In this document: positions 1 through 10,237 of the stretch, in pieces
Numbering within the stretch: position 1 is the first letter of the stretch
Layout of the letters: the number at the start of each line of letters is the position of its first letter
DNA from: a candidate division WOR-3 bacterium
GTDB taxonomy: Bacteria > Hydrothermota > Tepidihabitantia > SM23-42 > CAYGYG01
Assembly (NCBI GenBank): GCA_965648915.1
Contig: CBFGIV010000011.1
Location: 1 to 56,718 of the forward strand
Length of the DNA: 56,718 bases
Direction of reading: 5' to 3'
Translations under genes and position numbers: made by a program
Notes under the pieces: model-generated
The model's database searches: none
What the model saw: the letters and a program-made list of their open reading frames with translations, nothing else
What the model was told of the DNA's origin: nothing

Positions 1-1767
1 GATACCGCAATCTTACTCATTGATGCTTCAAGCGGAGTCGAGGTTGGAACCGAAAGAATATGGCGTGAAGCAGAGAAACTTAAATTACCAAGGTTAATCT
101 TCATTAACAAATTAAAAAAAGAGAATACCGACTTCTACAAGACTTTTGCCGAAGCGATTGAAGCCTTCGGTAAAAGGCTCTGTATTACCCAGATACCAAT
201 CGGCCAGGCCGATAAATTAGCCGGCCTTGTCGATCTTATTGAAGAAAAGGCATTCTCCTGGGAAAACGGTAAAGTCCGGCCGATTGATATACCATCTGAT
301 CTGAAAGGGAAGATTACTGAATACCGGGAAAAGACTATCGAGGCCCTGGCCGATGCCGATGATGAATTAATGAATAAATATTTGGAAGGAATTACGATTA
401 CTGCTGGAGAATTAAAAAGTTCCTTGAAAAGAGGTATCCTTACCGGCAGCATCTGTCCGGTCCTTCTGGGAGATGCCTACACCTTAATCGGTGTGGAAAC
501 ACTTTTAAATTTTATAATCGACTATCTCCCTTCACCTCTGGATCTCGGGGATATTATCGTCGGCGAGAAGAAAATCAAAAGAGCACCTGATGCTCCGCTG
601 GTAAGTTATATATTTAAGACCGTATCTGAACCCCATCTGGGTGAATTGCTTTATGTGCGGGTTTTAAGCGGTAAGATCGCTGCCGGAACAACGGTCCTCA
701 ATGCAAATCAGGAACGGGAAGAAAAGATCAACCAGATCTATCTGATTAAGGGGAAAGAAAGAGAAGAGACCAAATCCCTTGAGACCGGTTCGATCGGTGG
801 GCTTGTAAAATTAAAACTGACCAGGACCGGTGACACACTTACTTCGCCCGATCAAGCGCTTGCCTTACCCAAGATGGCCTTTCCCGAACCTTCGATCTCA
901 ATGGCCATCGTCCCCAAAACTAAAGGCGATGAAGAGAGAGTATCTAACGGCTTAAGTAAACTACATGAAGAAGACCCAACCTTCTCCTTTCATTATGACC
1001 CTGAACTCAAACAGTTACTTATCTCGGGCATCGGTGAATCTCATCTTGAAGTAATCTTAAGCCGGCTTAAAAGAAAGTTCACCGTTGAGGTTGAACTGCA
1101 TAAACCAAGGATACCCTACCGTGAGACCTTCACCAAAAAAAGTGAAGCCCAGGGTAAATACAAAAAACAGACCGGCGGTCGTGGTCAGTATGGCGATGTC
1201 TGGTTGAGGATTGAACCCTTACCCCGGGGCACTGGGTTTCAATTTAAAGACGAAATCTTTGGTGGTGCGGTCCCCTCAAAATATTTCCCTTCCGTTGAGA
1301 AGGGTGTAGTCGAGGCAATGGCCGAGGGGATCCTTGCCGGTTATCAGGTTACGGACATCTCGGTCACTCTTTACGATGGATCTTTCCATCCGGTCGACTC
1401 TTCGGACATCGCTTTTAAGATTGCTGGTTCGATGGCCTTCAAGAACTGCGCTGAAAAAGGGGGAATGGTCTTACTCGAACCCATATCTGAAGTCGAGGTT
1501 GTTGTGCCGGAAGCCTTTATGGGCGATGTAATGGGCGACCTCAATTCACGACGGGGCAAGATTCTCGGTATGGATGCCGAAGGTAGATTACAGAGAATAA
1601 AGGCCCTTGTCCCTCAGGCTGAAATGTATAAATATTCTACTTCGTTAAGATCAATGACCCAGGGCCGCGGTTTCTTCACAATGAAATTCCACCACTATGA
1701 AGAGGTCCCCAGAGAGATTGCCACCAAGATAATTGAAGAAGCAAAAAAAGCAAAGACCGGTAGTTAA
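1..1767 (+). CDS. fusA: Elongation factor G family protein (probable EF-G2-type paralog), 5' end outside the window
   Basis: Frame 1 is open from base 1 (DTAILLIDASSGVEVGTERIW...) and continuous with the 370..1767 ORF. EF-G domain IV/V motifs KKQTGGRGQYG, YDGSFHPVDSS, MGDVMGDLNSRRG, LRSMTQGRG. G4 reads INKLKKE and G5 reads LLGDA. Confidence 0.93.
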   Translation, partial: DTAILLIDASSGVEVGTERIWREAEKLKLPRLIFINKLKKENTDFYKTFAEAIEAFGKRLCITQIPIGQADKLAGLVDLIEEKAFSWENGKVRPIDIPSDLKGKITEYREKTIEALADADDELMNKYLEGITITAGELKSSLKRGILTGSICPVLLGDAYTLIGVETLLNFIIDYLPSPLDLGDIIVGEKKIKRAPDAPLVSYIFKTVSEPHLGELLYVRVLSGKIAAGTTVLNANQEREEKINQIYLIKGKEREETKSLETGSIGGLVKLKLTRTGDTLTSPDQALALPKMAFPEPSISMAIVPKTKGDEERVSNGLSKLHEEDPTFSFHYDPELKQLLISGIGESHLEVILSRLKRKFTVEVELHKPRIPYRETFTKKSEAQGKYKKQTGGRGQYGDVWLRIEPLPRGTGFQFKDEIFGGAVPSKYFPSVEKGVVEAMAEGILAGYQVTDISVTLYDGSFHPVDSSDIAFKIAGSMAFKNCAEKGGMVLLEPISEVEVVVPEAFMGDVMGDLNSRRGKILGMDAEGRLQRIKALVPQAEMYKYSTSLRSMTQGRGFFTMKFHHYEEVPREIATKIIEEAKKAKTGS

Positions 1768-2392
1768 ATTCCGACATCAGACTCCAATCAGAGCAATTCT
1801 CTTTGACCTTGATGGAGTCCTGGTCAACAGTTATGAGGCCTGGTTTCGACTCTTCAACGATACACTAAACCATTTTGGTTACCGAATCATCACCAGAAAG
1901 GAATTTCAGCGGGAATGGGGAAAAAGCACCAAGGAGGATGTCAAGTACTTTATGCCCGGACAGACAATTCAGGCAGTCCGCAGGTATTACAGTCAGAGAT
2001 TTCCCAGATATATCCGTTTTGTCAAGGTCACGCCTGACGCTAAAAAAGTTCTATCTAAGTTAAAGAAGGAGGGCTATCTGCTCGGCTGTGTAACAAACTC
2101 ACATCGTGATATAACCCGGCAGATGATTCAGAAGACAGGAATCAAAAAATATTTTAAAGTAATCGTCTGCGCCGACGAGGTCAAAAAGCCCAAACCCGCA
2201 CCGGATATGTTGTTCAAGGCAATGAGGAGATTGAAAGTTAAACCAGATGAAGTCATCTTTATCGGTGACACGCCAACTGATCTGATGGCCGGTATACGAG
2301 CCAAATGTCTGACCTTCGGCTATAAAATAAACGCAAAATATCAGATCAAGTCGCTGAAAGAACTACTCGATCAGTACAATTTTTTCACTTAG
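1733..2392 (+). CDS. HAD-family hydrolase (phosphoglycolate phosphatase-like); start codon uncertain
   Basis: Motif I LFDLDGVLVNS, motif II VTN, KPKPAPD, motif IV FIGDTPTD. Confidence 0.88.
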   Translation: MKKQKKQRPVVKFRHQTPIRAILFDLDGVLVNSYEAWFRLFNDTLNHFGYRIITRKEFQREWGKSTKEDVKYFMPGQTIQAVRRYYSQRFPRYIRFVKVTPDAKKVLSKLKKEGYLLGCVTNSHRDITRQMIQKTGIKKYFKVIVCADEVKKPKPAPDMLFKAMRRLKVKPDEVIFIGDTPTDLMAGIRAKCLTFGYKINAKYQIKSLKELLDQYNFFT

Positions 2393-3494
2393 CTCAATAT
2401 TCCTCGAAACCAACTTAATACAATAGACGCCGGCAGGAACGGCTTCCCCCTCGTCGTCTTTTCGTTCCCAATGCGGTGTAGCGCCATTTGAAACTTGTGG
2501 CGGCAGAGTAAATCTTTTAATCTCTTTGCCCGAAATGTTGTAGATATTTAATTCCCCACCATCTGATATACCAAATAACCTTAATACCACATTCGATTTG
2601 GCTGGATTGGGATAAATTACAAGTTTAGTTTGCTTTTGGTTTTGTTGATCCTCCTCTTCAATCTCGGTTCCTTCATAAATCGCATAAAGAAAACCATCAG
2701 CTGAGCCTATATAGAGTGTTCGATCTGGACCAATTGCTGGCGACGAATTGATTGGGCCACCAGTTGTATAACTCCATTTTAGTGAACCATTAGGACGCAG
2801 TGCATAAAGGCGTCCATCTTGAGATCCAAAGTATATAATACCACTATCGTCTATGGCCGGTGACGATAAAATGCCTTCGCCAGTAAGGTATCGCCACTTA
2901 AGTGTTCCATTGGGACGGATTGCATACAAGTAACCGTCCCTTGAACCAACATAGATGGTAGTGTCTCGACCTAAAGCCGTGGAAGAATGCACAATCCAAT
3001 CAGTTAGATACCGCCATTTAAATGTTCCATTCGGTCTTATTGCATATAAATAGTAATCATCAGAACCGACATAGATGGTTCCACTATCATCGACAACTGC
3101 TGAAGAGCTAACCCGGTATGTCGTAGCAAAACGCCACAACAAAACACCTTCTGTGGCTCTAAGATTGTATACCGAATTGTCCCAGGATCCGATATATACA
3201 ACAGAATCTCGTTAAATATTTGGCGATGACGGAACATTACTGGCAGTGTGATATCGCCATTTTAATGTGCCATTTGGATCTACTGCATAGACATGTTCAT
3301 CATCGGAACCAAAGTAAATTACACCTCTTGAATCAATACTTGGGGAAGAGAAACATTGGCTGCCGTTAAAAATCGCCATTTCAATATACATGAATCTGGT
3401 CCAATCAGAATTGTTCTTCCCGTATGAAAGCGGTCGTGTCTAAACATGGCCACGGACTCTGTGCTAAAAATATAAATGGAGGTAAAAACAACAT
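2363..3494 (-). pseudogene. Disrupted secreted PQQ-like (BamB-type) beta-propeller protein with FlgD/T9SS-like C-terminal domain
   Basis: Reconstructed on the minus strand: ATG 3494 MLFLPPFIFLAQSPW, 1-nt deletion (~3448), MFRHDRFHTGR...KWRFLTAANV, 1-nt deletion (~3352), SSPSIDSRGVIYFGSDD...SSPNI, TAA at 3212-3214, RDSVVYIGSWD..., continuing in frame into ORF 2363..3142. Repeats SSPAI-x-G-x-IY-x-GS-x-D-x-LYA-x-PNG-x-LKW; tail IYPNP...IYNISG...PAGVY. Confidence 0.82.
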
Positions 3495-3557
3495 AATTAA
3501 CCTTAAAATTATAAAAATCTCTTAATAACACAATTACAACGGCAGTAATGTCAATAA

Positions 3558-4376
3558 TTATTTTTTATTTCGGGCCACAATCGTCAGATGGTGACAGAAA
3601 TAAGACAACGGAGTTTGTAAGAAAAATTTATTTATAAATTTGATTAGTGAAAAAAAGGGGTTTATCAATCTATATGGGTGATTAAAGAACATATCGGCTC
3701 TCGCTGTGTAAATTATTTCAAGCCCTGCAGGCTTCAAGATGTCAGTAATTTCTCGAAAACTCCAGAGAAATTCATGCGATTCTATATTTAGTGTTCGTGC
3801 CAGAAATTCGGTATATGAGTATCTCTGGGGAAGTTGAAAAATATAAAAAATACCTCCCGATTTTAATACCCGTCCGATCTCTTTGATCATTGCGGGGACA
3901 TCTTTTTTGGGAATATGTTCAATAACTGCATATGCAAAGACAATATCAAAAGAATTGTCTTTATAAGGTAATCTGATACCATCATAAACATCAAAAATAA
4001 TATCAGAACTTTGATCTCTGATTAACCGCCACACGGTGGTCATACTGTTCTCGCGTGTTTCAATATGAACTCTGGCTCGTTTTTTCAAAAAACCTTCCAG
4101 AGATTTATCAAAGACTGTTTCCAGTCCGGTCACTTTATAGCCCATTTCCGAGAGGAGATAAGACTGGATACCTATACCACAACCAAAGTCTAAAATATTT
4201 TGAGGCGGTGGCGAAAATCTGCTGACAAGTCTCAAGTCATTAAAATTATTCCAGAGATGAGCTTTTGAAGAATAAGCCCTGATACATTTATTCAAAAAGT
4301 CGAGCGCACCACCATTAATTGTTTTTATTGATGTGACCAATTCGTTTACTTTAAAAGAAAATTCATCAAAATCCAT
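3558..4376 (-). CDS. Class I SAM-dependent methyltransferase
   Basis: ILDFGCGIG motif I; LPYKDNSFDIV...VIEHI...RVLKSGG. Confidence 0.88.
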   Translation of the reverse strand: MDFDEFSFKVNELVTSIKTINGGALDFLNKCIRAYSSKAHLWNNFNDLRLVSRFSPPPQNILDFGCGIGIQSYLLSEMGYKVTGLETVFDKSLEGFLKKRARVHIETRENSMTTVWRLIRDQSSDIIFDVYDGIRLPYKDNSFDIVFAYAVIEHIPKKDVPAMIKEIGRVLKSGGIFYIFQLPQRYSYTEFLARTLNIESHEFLWSFREITDILKPAGLEIIYTARADMFFNHPYRLINPFFSLIKFINKFFLQTPLSYFCHHLTIVARNKK

Positions 4377-4382
4377 CGTACC

Positions 4383-4410
4383 ATTATATTCTTAAATATA
4401 TAATTGTCAA
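4383..4410 (-). promoter_or_regulatory. Sigma-70 promoter for the methyltransferase, leaderless
   Basis: TTGACA-N16-TATAAT-N6-ATG(4376). Confidence 0.75.
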
Positions 4411-4445
4411 CTTTTTCAGTCAATCGGTAAACATCGGCTATCTTG

Positions 4446-4473
4446 TTGACAATGTTTCCAATTGAGTTATAAT
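4446..4473 (+). promoter_or_regulatory. Sigma-70 promoter for the flippase-like/YfhO operon, leaderless
   Basis: TTGACA-N16-TATAAT-N6-ATG(4480). Confidence 0.75.
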
Positions 4474-4479
4474 TGACAA

Positions 4480-5388
4480 ATGCATCCAGCTTTAAGAAAG
4501 GCCTTATCCGCAGCCTTGATTACTGTAATCTTTTTCTTTTTGATTCGAGATTTTGTAAGAAACTGGCAAAATATTCCTTTTGATAAAATCCACTTCAGTG
4601 TTATTCCAATCATTGTTTCCTATGTTCTGCTTTTTGTTACTTTTCTGATATTCGTAACCGCCTGGCGTTCAATCTTAAAAAATCTCGGAGAAAAATTAGA
4701 TTTTCGAAATGCCTTCTGGATTATGTGCTCTTCCCAGATGGGGAAATATATGCCGGGGAAGATCTGGTTTTTTTTAGGTCGCATTTATATGGCACGACAG
4801 GTAAAATTAAAAGGACTGAATGTGGCTCTAAGTATTTTAATAGAGACAATATTAACCATAATCTGGGGAGTAGTACTTGCACTTATCTCTATTTTGGTGT
4901 CTAAAAATAGAGCCCACTTTCCCTTATGGATCTTATTCCTATTAATTATTGTGGGCGTTGTTATTCTTCATCCATCAATTCTCAACCGATCAATAAACTT
5001 TTCTCTTCGGATACTCAAGAAGGATAAAATCACCATCCCTTTATCTTATCCCCACCTGCTGTTACTCTCTCTCTATTTCTGGGGGCTATGGATCGCTCAA
5101 CTTATTGGTTTTTATTTCGTGATAAATTCTTTTTATGAAATTACCTTAACTTATTTACCATTTATTATTTTTGTTTATACCACTTCCTGGATTGCTGGAT
5201 TTCTGGCCCCGTTTGCTCCGGGTGGTCTGGGCGTCCGCGAAGGCATTATGTCCTTAAGTTTATCTTCAATTATGCCCACCGGTTTGGCCATCGGCGTCAG
5301 TTTTATATCCCGGATCTGGATAACGAGTTTTGAAATTATAGTATTTTTAATTGGGTTATTAATAAGACCCCGGCATAAAAAAATTTAA
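4480..5388 (+). CDS. Flippase-like membrane protein (lysylphosphatidylglycerol synthase TM / UPF0104 family)
   Basis: About 8 TM segments; GKYMPGKIW and PFAPGGLGVREG motifs. Confidence 0.8.
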   Translation: MHPALRKALSAALITVIFFFLIRDFVRNWQNIPFDKIHFSVIPIIVSYVLLFVTFLIFVTAWRSILKNLGEKLDFRNAFWIMCSSQMGKYMPGKIWFFLGRIYMARQVKLKGLNVALSILIETILTIIWGVVLALISILVSKNRAHFPLWILFLLIIVGVVILHPSILNRSINFSLRILKKDKITIPLSYPHLLLLSLYFWGLWIAQLIGFYFVINSFYEITLTYLPFIIFVYTTSWIAGFLAPFAPGGLGVREGIMSLSLSSIMPTGLAIGVSFISRIWITSFEIIVFLIGLLIRPRHKKI

Positions 5389-5420
5389 TGAAGGGCATCA
5401 AGTTTTGACAAGGAGGAAAA

Positions 5421-7814
5421 ATGGCCAAGAAAGAAAAAGAAAAAAAAATCAAGGAAATCAAACAGAGTTTTCTCACCACACTCTTTGATAAAACCCATCT
5501 GGTCTTACTCATTTATTTTGTGATTGCACTCCTTATGCTGTGGGAATCACTCTTCAGCGGCCGAATGACTGCGGGTAGTGATTTCTTGGGACGGGACTAT
5601 ATGGACCGGGCATTCCTCGCGCGCCACGGGTTTAATCTTTGGCAGCCCTTTACCTTTGGTGGGGTCCCCCTTGTTGATGCCCTGCACGGCGATGTCCTTT
5701 ACCCGGTAACAATAATTCTGCGTATAATTTTTGCCCCCCATATTGTCCCAATCTTACTCTATTTGATTCATCTCCCTGTTGCCGGTCTTTTTACTTACCT
5801 GTTTGTCCGTGATCAAAGGGTTCGAACTCCGATTTCATTCCTCTCTGGTTTATTCTATATGCTGGCTGGATGTATCGTTTCTCTCATCAATGCTGGTCAT
5901 ACCGGCCGCTTGATTGTCAACTGCCTATTGCCTGGCGTAATATTTTTCATAAATCGCGGTTATGACCGCAATAAAATTGTCTATTTTATCTTAACCGGAT
6001 TCCTTTTCGGCTTTGCTGTCCTCTCTCCCCATGTCCAGATGGCCTACTACTTAGCCCTGGCATCATTATTTTTTGTAATTTTTAAAACCATCAATATCTG
6101 GCAGAGAGATGGTTTCAAATTAATTTTTAAACCTGGTCTTTCATATATCCTGTCCGCCATAATCGGGCTTGCCCTTGCCGCCTGCCTTATTTTGCCGGTT
6201 TTTTATTACTTAAAATTCTCCCCCCGGGGTGGGGCTGGTCGTGGCTACGCCTTTGCTACCTCCTGGTCAATGCCGCCCGAGGAGATCTTCAATCTCCTCA
6301 CACCCCATTTTTCAGGTATCTTGGACAACTACTGGGGCAGAAATTTCTTCAAACTTCACACTGAATATCTTGGCATCCTCCCCTTACTCTTCTTCCCCTT
6401 TGCCTTTATTAAGGATTGGAAAAATCCTTTAACCAGGTTCTTTACTTTTCTCGGAGTATTCTCATTAATCATTGCCTGGGGTGGCCACACGCCATTTTAC
6501 TGGCTTTTCTATACTGCGCTGCCCGGATTTAGCAAATTCCGTGCACCCTCCCAGATCTTCTACCTCTTTGCTTTTTCAATCGCAGTTCTGGCCGGGCTGG
6601 GTGGTGAGAAAATTCTTAATCTTGAGGTAGAGAAAAGAAAAAATATAATATTTTACATGGGAGGGTTATTCTTTATTTTCTGGATTATTGCAATAATCTT
6701 TGCTCCAGGTTTCATCGACCTCCTCACACCCCTGGCCGGAGAGAAAGAACGTATTCTTTCCAATAATTTTCAAAATTTTCAAAATGGGCTACTGATCTTA
6801 TCTGTTATCTCACTGATATATGCAATTTTAGTATTTATGCTGAATCGTAAAAAAATCAGCCTTGTTGGTTTCACCATCATTGCTGGTTTTATCTTCTTCC
6901 TCGATATGTGGCGGATTGAGAAGAATTTTATAAAGACCGTTCCCCATCCGGCAAAGTATTTCGCTCCGGATGAAGCGGTCCATGTGCTCCGTGAGGACAA
7001 ATCCCTATTCCGTGTCTATCCCTTAGAATACCGCTCCGATAATTATCTTATGCTATTTGATATCCAGAGTATCGGCGGTGAGCACGGTAATCAGTTGCGC
7101 CGTTATCAGGAATTTATCGGCGCCGAGAAGACAGTGATGTTCTCGCCGACCAATCTTTTTTATCCCAATATTCTTAATCTCCTCAATGTAAAGTATGTAA
7201 TTATGCCCAATTTTGACCTATCCCAGATCCCGGATTTTCACCCTGATCCAACAATCGATGCCACCATCAAAACAATCCGGCTTATCATCAACCCTGCCTA
7301 TTTTAAACTTTTCTATCAGGGCCAGAGGCTGCGGATCTTTGAAAATCTCCATTTTCTCCCGCGTGTCTTTCTCGTGCCCCAATATCAGATAATTAATGAT
7401 GATAAACGCATAATGGCCACAATAAAGTCCGATACCTATAATCCCCGCAAGACCGTCATTCTTGAAATTAATCCCGGGGTGCCGCAATTTGAAGACACAA
7501 TCATCCAGGGCCAAGTTCAAATCACCAGTTACAAACCGGATCGGATCGAGATCGAGGCCAATCTCCATAATCCAGGATTCCTGGTCCTGACTGACAACTT
7601 CTACCCACTCTGGCAGGCAAAGGTTGATGGTAAAAAAACCACGGTTTATCGTGCCGATTATACGTCTCGCGCTATCTACTTGCCGGTCGGCAAGCACGAG
7701 ATTATTTTCTATTTTGATTCACCTTACTTTAGAATCGGCACTTTAATATCTATTATGACATTTATTGTTTCGCTAATAATTATCACGATAAACATAAGGA
7801 AGAAAAGTTATTAA
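5421..7814 (+). CDS. YfhO-family multi-TM protein (putative GT-C glycosyltransferase)
   Basis: LWQPFTFGGVP, FSKFRAP, LNLLNVKYV, LPRVFLV, GFLVLTDNFYPLWQAKVDG...GKHEI; SD AAGGAGG upstream. Confidence 0.82.
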   Translation: MAKKEKEKKIKEIKQSFLTTLFDKTHLVLLIYFVIALLMLWESLFSGRMTAGSDFLGRDYMDRAFLARHGFNLWQPFTFGGVPLVDALHGDVLYPVTIILRIIFAPHIVPILLYLIHLPVAGLFTYLFVRDQRVRTPISFLSGLFYMLAGCIVSLINAGHTGRLIVNCLLPGVIFFINRGYDRNKIVYFILTGFLFGFAVLSPHVQMAYYLALASLFFVIFKTINIWQRDGFKLIFKPGLSYILSAIIGLALAACLILPVFYYLKFSPRGGAGRGYAFATSWSMPPEEIFNLLTPHFSGILDNYWGRNFFKLHTEYLGILPLLFFPFAFIKDWKNPLTRFFTFLGVFSLIIAWGGHTPFYWLFYTALPGFSKFRAPSQIFYLFAFSIAVLAGLGGEKILNLEVEKRKNIIFYMGGLFFIFWIIAIIFAPGFIDLLTPLAGEKERILSNNFQNFQNGLLILSVISLIYAILVFMLNRKKISLVGFTIIAGFIFFLDMWRIEKNFIKTVPHPAKYFAPDEAVHVLREDKSLFRVYPLEYRSDNYLMLFDIQSIGGEHGNQLRRYQEFIGAEKTVMFSPTNLFYPNILNLLNVKYVIMPNFDLSQIPDFHPDPTIDATIKTIRLIINPAYFKLFYQGQRLRIFENLHFLPRVFLVPQYQIINDDKRIMATIKSDTYNPRKTVILEINPGVPQFEDTIIQGQVQITSYKPDRIEIEANLHNPGFLVLTDNFYPLWQAKVDGKKTTVYRADYTSRAIYLPVGKHEIIFYFDSPYFRIGTLISIMTFIVSLIIITINIRKKSY

Positions 7815-7862
7815 CCCCAGTTTTACTTAGAGGTCGGTTTTTAAGAAAGGAAGTAATCTTGA

Positions 7863-8285
7863 TCAGACATCAAAAATAATTGTGGTTCTATAGCCCTTGG
7901 TGGTGGAACGTATCTTAAGGTTGTGATAGGTAACATTCTTTATCTCCATCTTAACCCGGAAATTATTCCGTTCTAATTTTACAAATTTAACTTGAGCCTG
8001 AAGTTGCCTGGTGCCTCGAAATTTAATCCTGAACTCTTCGGGAACAATCTGTTTTGTATAAAACTGAAAGAGGAGTTCTCTCAGCCACTCAACGAGAAGT
8101 TCAGCCAGCGAGTCACCTTTAAGGTTGAAAAATTGTGTAATCCGGGCCAGATGCTCAGTACGATTGATGGTCAGCATTGTTTCAAATACTGCATGGGCAG
8201 CATTTTTAAAAAGATCGGTTCGATTCCGCCCGTAAACCCTGATGCCCAAATCGGCGGTGTGCTCGATATATTTATACTTGAGCAT
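7863..8285 (-). CDS. Archease
   Basis: EHTADLG at the N-terminus; EIKNVTYH...IIFDV at the C-terminus. Confidence 0.9.
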   Translation of the reverse strand: MLKYKYIEHTADLGIRVYGRNRTDLFKNAAHAVFETMLTINRTEHLARITQFFNLKGDSLAELLVEWLRELLFQFYTKQIVPEEFRIKFRGTRQLQAQVKFVKLERNNFRVKMEIKNVTYHNLKIRSTTKGYRTTIIFDV

Positions 8286-8337
8286 ATTCTAAGATTCTAC
8301 TACAAAAATCAAAATATTTTTCCCAGGGATAATCAGT

Positions 8338-9240
8338 CTAATGGATAATGATTTCAATCTTTGAAAATTTAGGTTCAAGCCCGGGGACAAAACGGGGGGC
8401 AAGTTTTAATCCATCTGGTGGTAAAACAACCCTCTTACCAATCTCATTTTTTATAATCTCACATCTTGCTTGGGATAGTTGTTCAGATTCAGTGTAGGAA
8501 TAAATAACCGCTTCATTCTTAAAATTCTCTTTCACCACATTGGCCAGTTCATCAAAGTATACCCCCACCCCGGAGTTTAAATTAGCTGTCCCTCTGGTAA
8601 ATATAACATCACCTGAGACCGAGGCAATCCAGTTCCGCCCTTCATAATAGATGATACCGTTGATCTTAATCGGGCTTGGTCCTGGTAACCTTGTTTCATT
8701 CTGTAATGCATCAAAAGCCTTAAAGGTATAAATATAGATCTCACCCGGATTGACCATTGAGCCGTTGTCTTTTCGACCATCCCAGCGGATCGATGGAGGG
8801 GGATCCGATCTTCCGGCAAACCGGCGCATAACCTCACCGTGGGAATCGGTAATTACCAGTTCCCAGGAAGAGATCGCCTTTTCAAAACGGGGTAAGAAAA
8901 GGAGGAGATCGCCTTTGACTAAATTGGGTACAAGCGGGACCCTTAAATATTCACTATGTAAATACAAAATCGGTGTATTCAAACCATCAATCGTGGCATA
9001 AAGTTTCTCATCAAAGATATATCGTTTCTGCCCGAGCACTGAATCGATCAGTGCCTCCGGATTAATTGGTGGAACAATGAAAAACTTGGTCTCCTGAATT
9101 TTTACTGCTGCTTCACCCTTAATCACTTCTTCTTTCAACTCATAACCGGATTTCGGCTTAGAAGTGTCCCCCTGTCCAAATGATAAATTATGTATCACCA
9201 CCAGGGCTGTAAATAAAATGACCTTATCAATCTTTCTCAT
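8338..9240 (-). CDS. Exported protein with FlgD-like Ig domain and degenerate OmpA-like C-terminal region
   Basis: Signal-like N-terminus (MRKIDKVILFTALVV); WELVITDSHGEVMRRF...WDGRKDNG...GEIY; C-terminal F-x-RGTANL...LSQARCEIIK...KIEIII resembles OmpA_C. Confidence 0.55.
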   Translation of the reverse strand: MRKIDKVILFTALVVIHNLSFGQGDTSKPKSGYELKEEVIKGEAAVKIQETKFFIVPPINPEALIDSVLGQKRYIFDEKLYATIDGLNTPILYLHSEYLRVPLVPNLVKGDLLLFLPRFEKAISSWELVITDSHGEVMRRFAGRSDPPPSIRWDGRKDNGSMVNPGEIYIYTFKAFDALQNETRLPGPSPIKINGIIYYEGRNWIASVSGDVIFTRGTANLNSGVGVYFDELANVVKENFKNEAVIYSYTESEQLSQARCEIIKNEIGKRVVLPPDGLKLAPRFVPGLEPKFSKIEIIIH

Positions 9241-9247
9241 AAAATCG

Positions 9248-10225
9248 TTATGAAAGGACAAAATGAAAGGTAATTAGACCCCATTGAGTCTCTTGGACGA
9301 CATTTGCCGGTAGCGGTTCAAAACGCCATTTTTTTAACGCCTCAATCACACTTTGATCAAGATCCGGATAGCCGGAAGAAATTTCAACCAGCATCGACTC
9401 CTTTACCAAACCATCAGCATATACCCAGAACCGGATTGTTACTGATCCGCTGATACCCTGTTGTAGACACCAGGCGGGATATGCTGGTAAGACTTTGGTC
9501 CGAATACCTCGCTGGGCAATTGGACCAGCCAGGGAGAAACTCGTCTTCTTTGTCCCGGTCGCAAGTTTCTCTTCAACTACAGGTTTTGCCGTCTCATAGG
9601 TCTGAGCGGAGCGAATCGGCGGCGGTTTTGTCTCAATCTTGATTGTTGGTTGTGGGGGTGCCAGGCCTCCACCACCAATGCCACCGATTGGCAATCCTCC
9701 TCCGCCACCCCCGACTCCACCTGAACCGGCCCGGGCTAAACTCTTTGAGAGCGAGATCGGTTTCTCGGCAAGGATCTCCTCAGTCGATTTGACCCCACCA
9801 GTGGTTCGGTCAGCAATCCGGACTATTGCCAGGGCCCCTTCATCTTCGGTTTCATACCGTTCCAGGCTTATTTCTGCCTGGGACCGGTCGAGACGGGCAC
9901 TGAGGTCGACTACCGGTTCAACTGCCGTTTCAGTTAATGGACCAATCGTCCCTGTCCCACTACCACCTCCACCTCCACCACCTGGACCTTCAAGCCCCTC
10001 AAAGTCCTTGGGTGGGATGAGATAGCCAACTCTCCCAGAAGGTTTGGTTGCCGCTTCGGGAGCCAGTAGATCTTCTTCCATATAACTGACTTCAGTAATA
10101 AAGAGTCCGGATTGAGTTGTCTTCCGGGTTGAAAAGAATAACACAAGTATCAGGTGCAGGATCATCGAGACGATGAAAAAATTATACATCCTGCCCGGGA
10201 TTCGATAACGATAGACCAAGACCAC
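9248..10225 (-). CDS. tonB: TonB-family energy transducer
   Basis: N-terminal TM with SMILHL (S-x3-H), Gly/Pro-rich linker, C-terminal PAYP...ISGSV...SSGYPDLDQS...KWRFEP. Confidence 0.88.
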   Translation of the reverse strand: MVLVYRYRIPGRMYNFFIVSMILHLILVLFFSTRKTTQSGLFITEVSYMEEDLLAPEAATKPSGRVGYLIPPKDFEGLEGPGGGGGGGSGTGTIGPLTETAVEPVVDLSARLDRSQAEISLERYETEDEGALAIVRIADRTTGGVKSTEEILAEKPISLSKSLARAGSGGVGGGGGGLPIGGIGGGGLAPPQPTIKIETKPPPIRSAQTYETAKPVVEEKLATGTKKTSFSLAGPIAQRGIRTKVLPAYPAWCLQQGISGSVTIRFWVYADGLVKESMLVEISSGYPDLDQSVIEALKKWRFEPLPANVVQETQWGLITFHFVLS

Positions 10226-10237
10226 CTTAGTTTCTCC

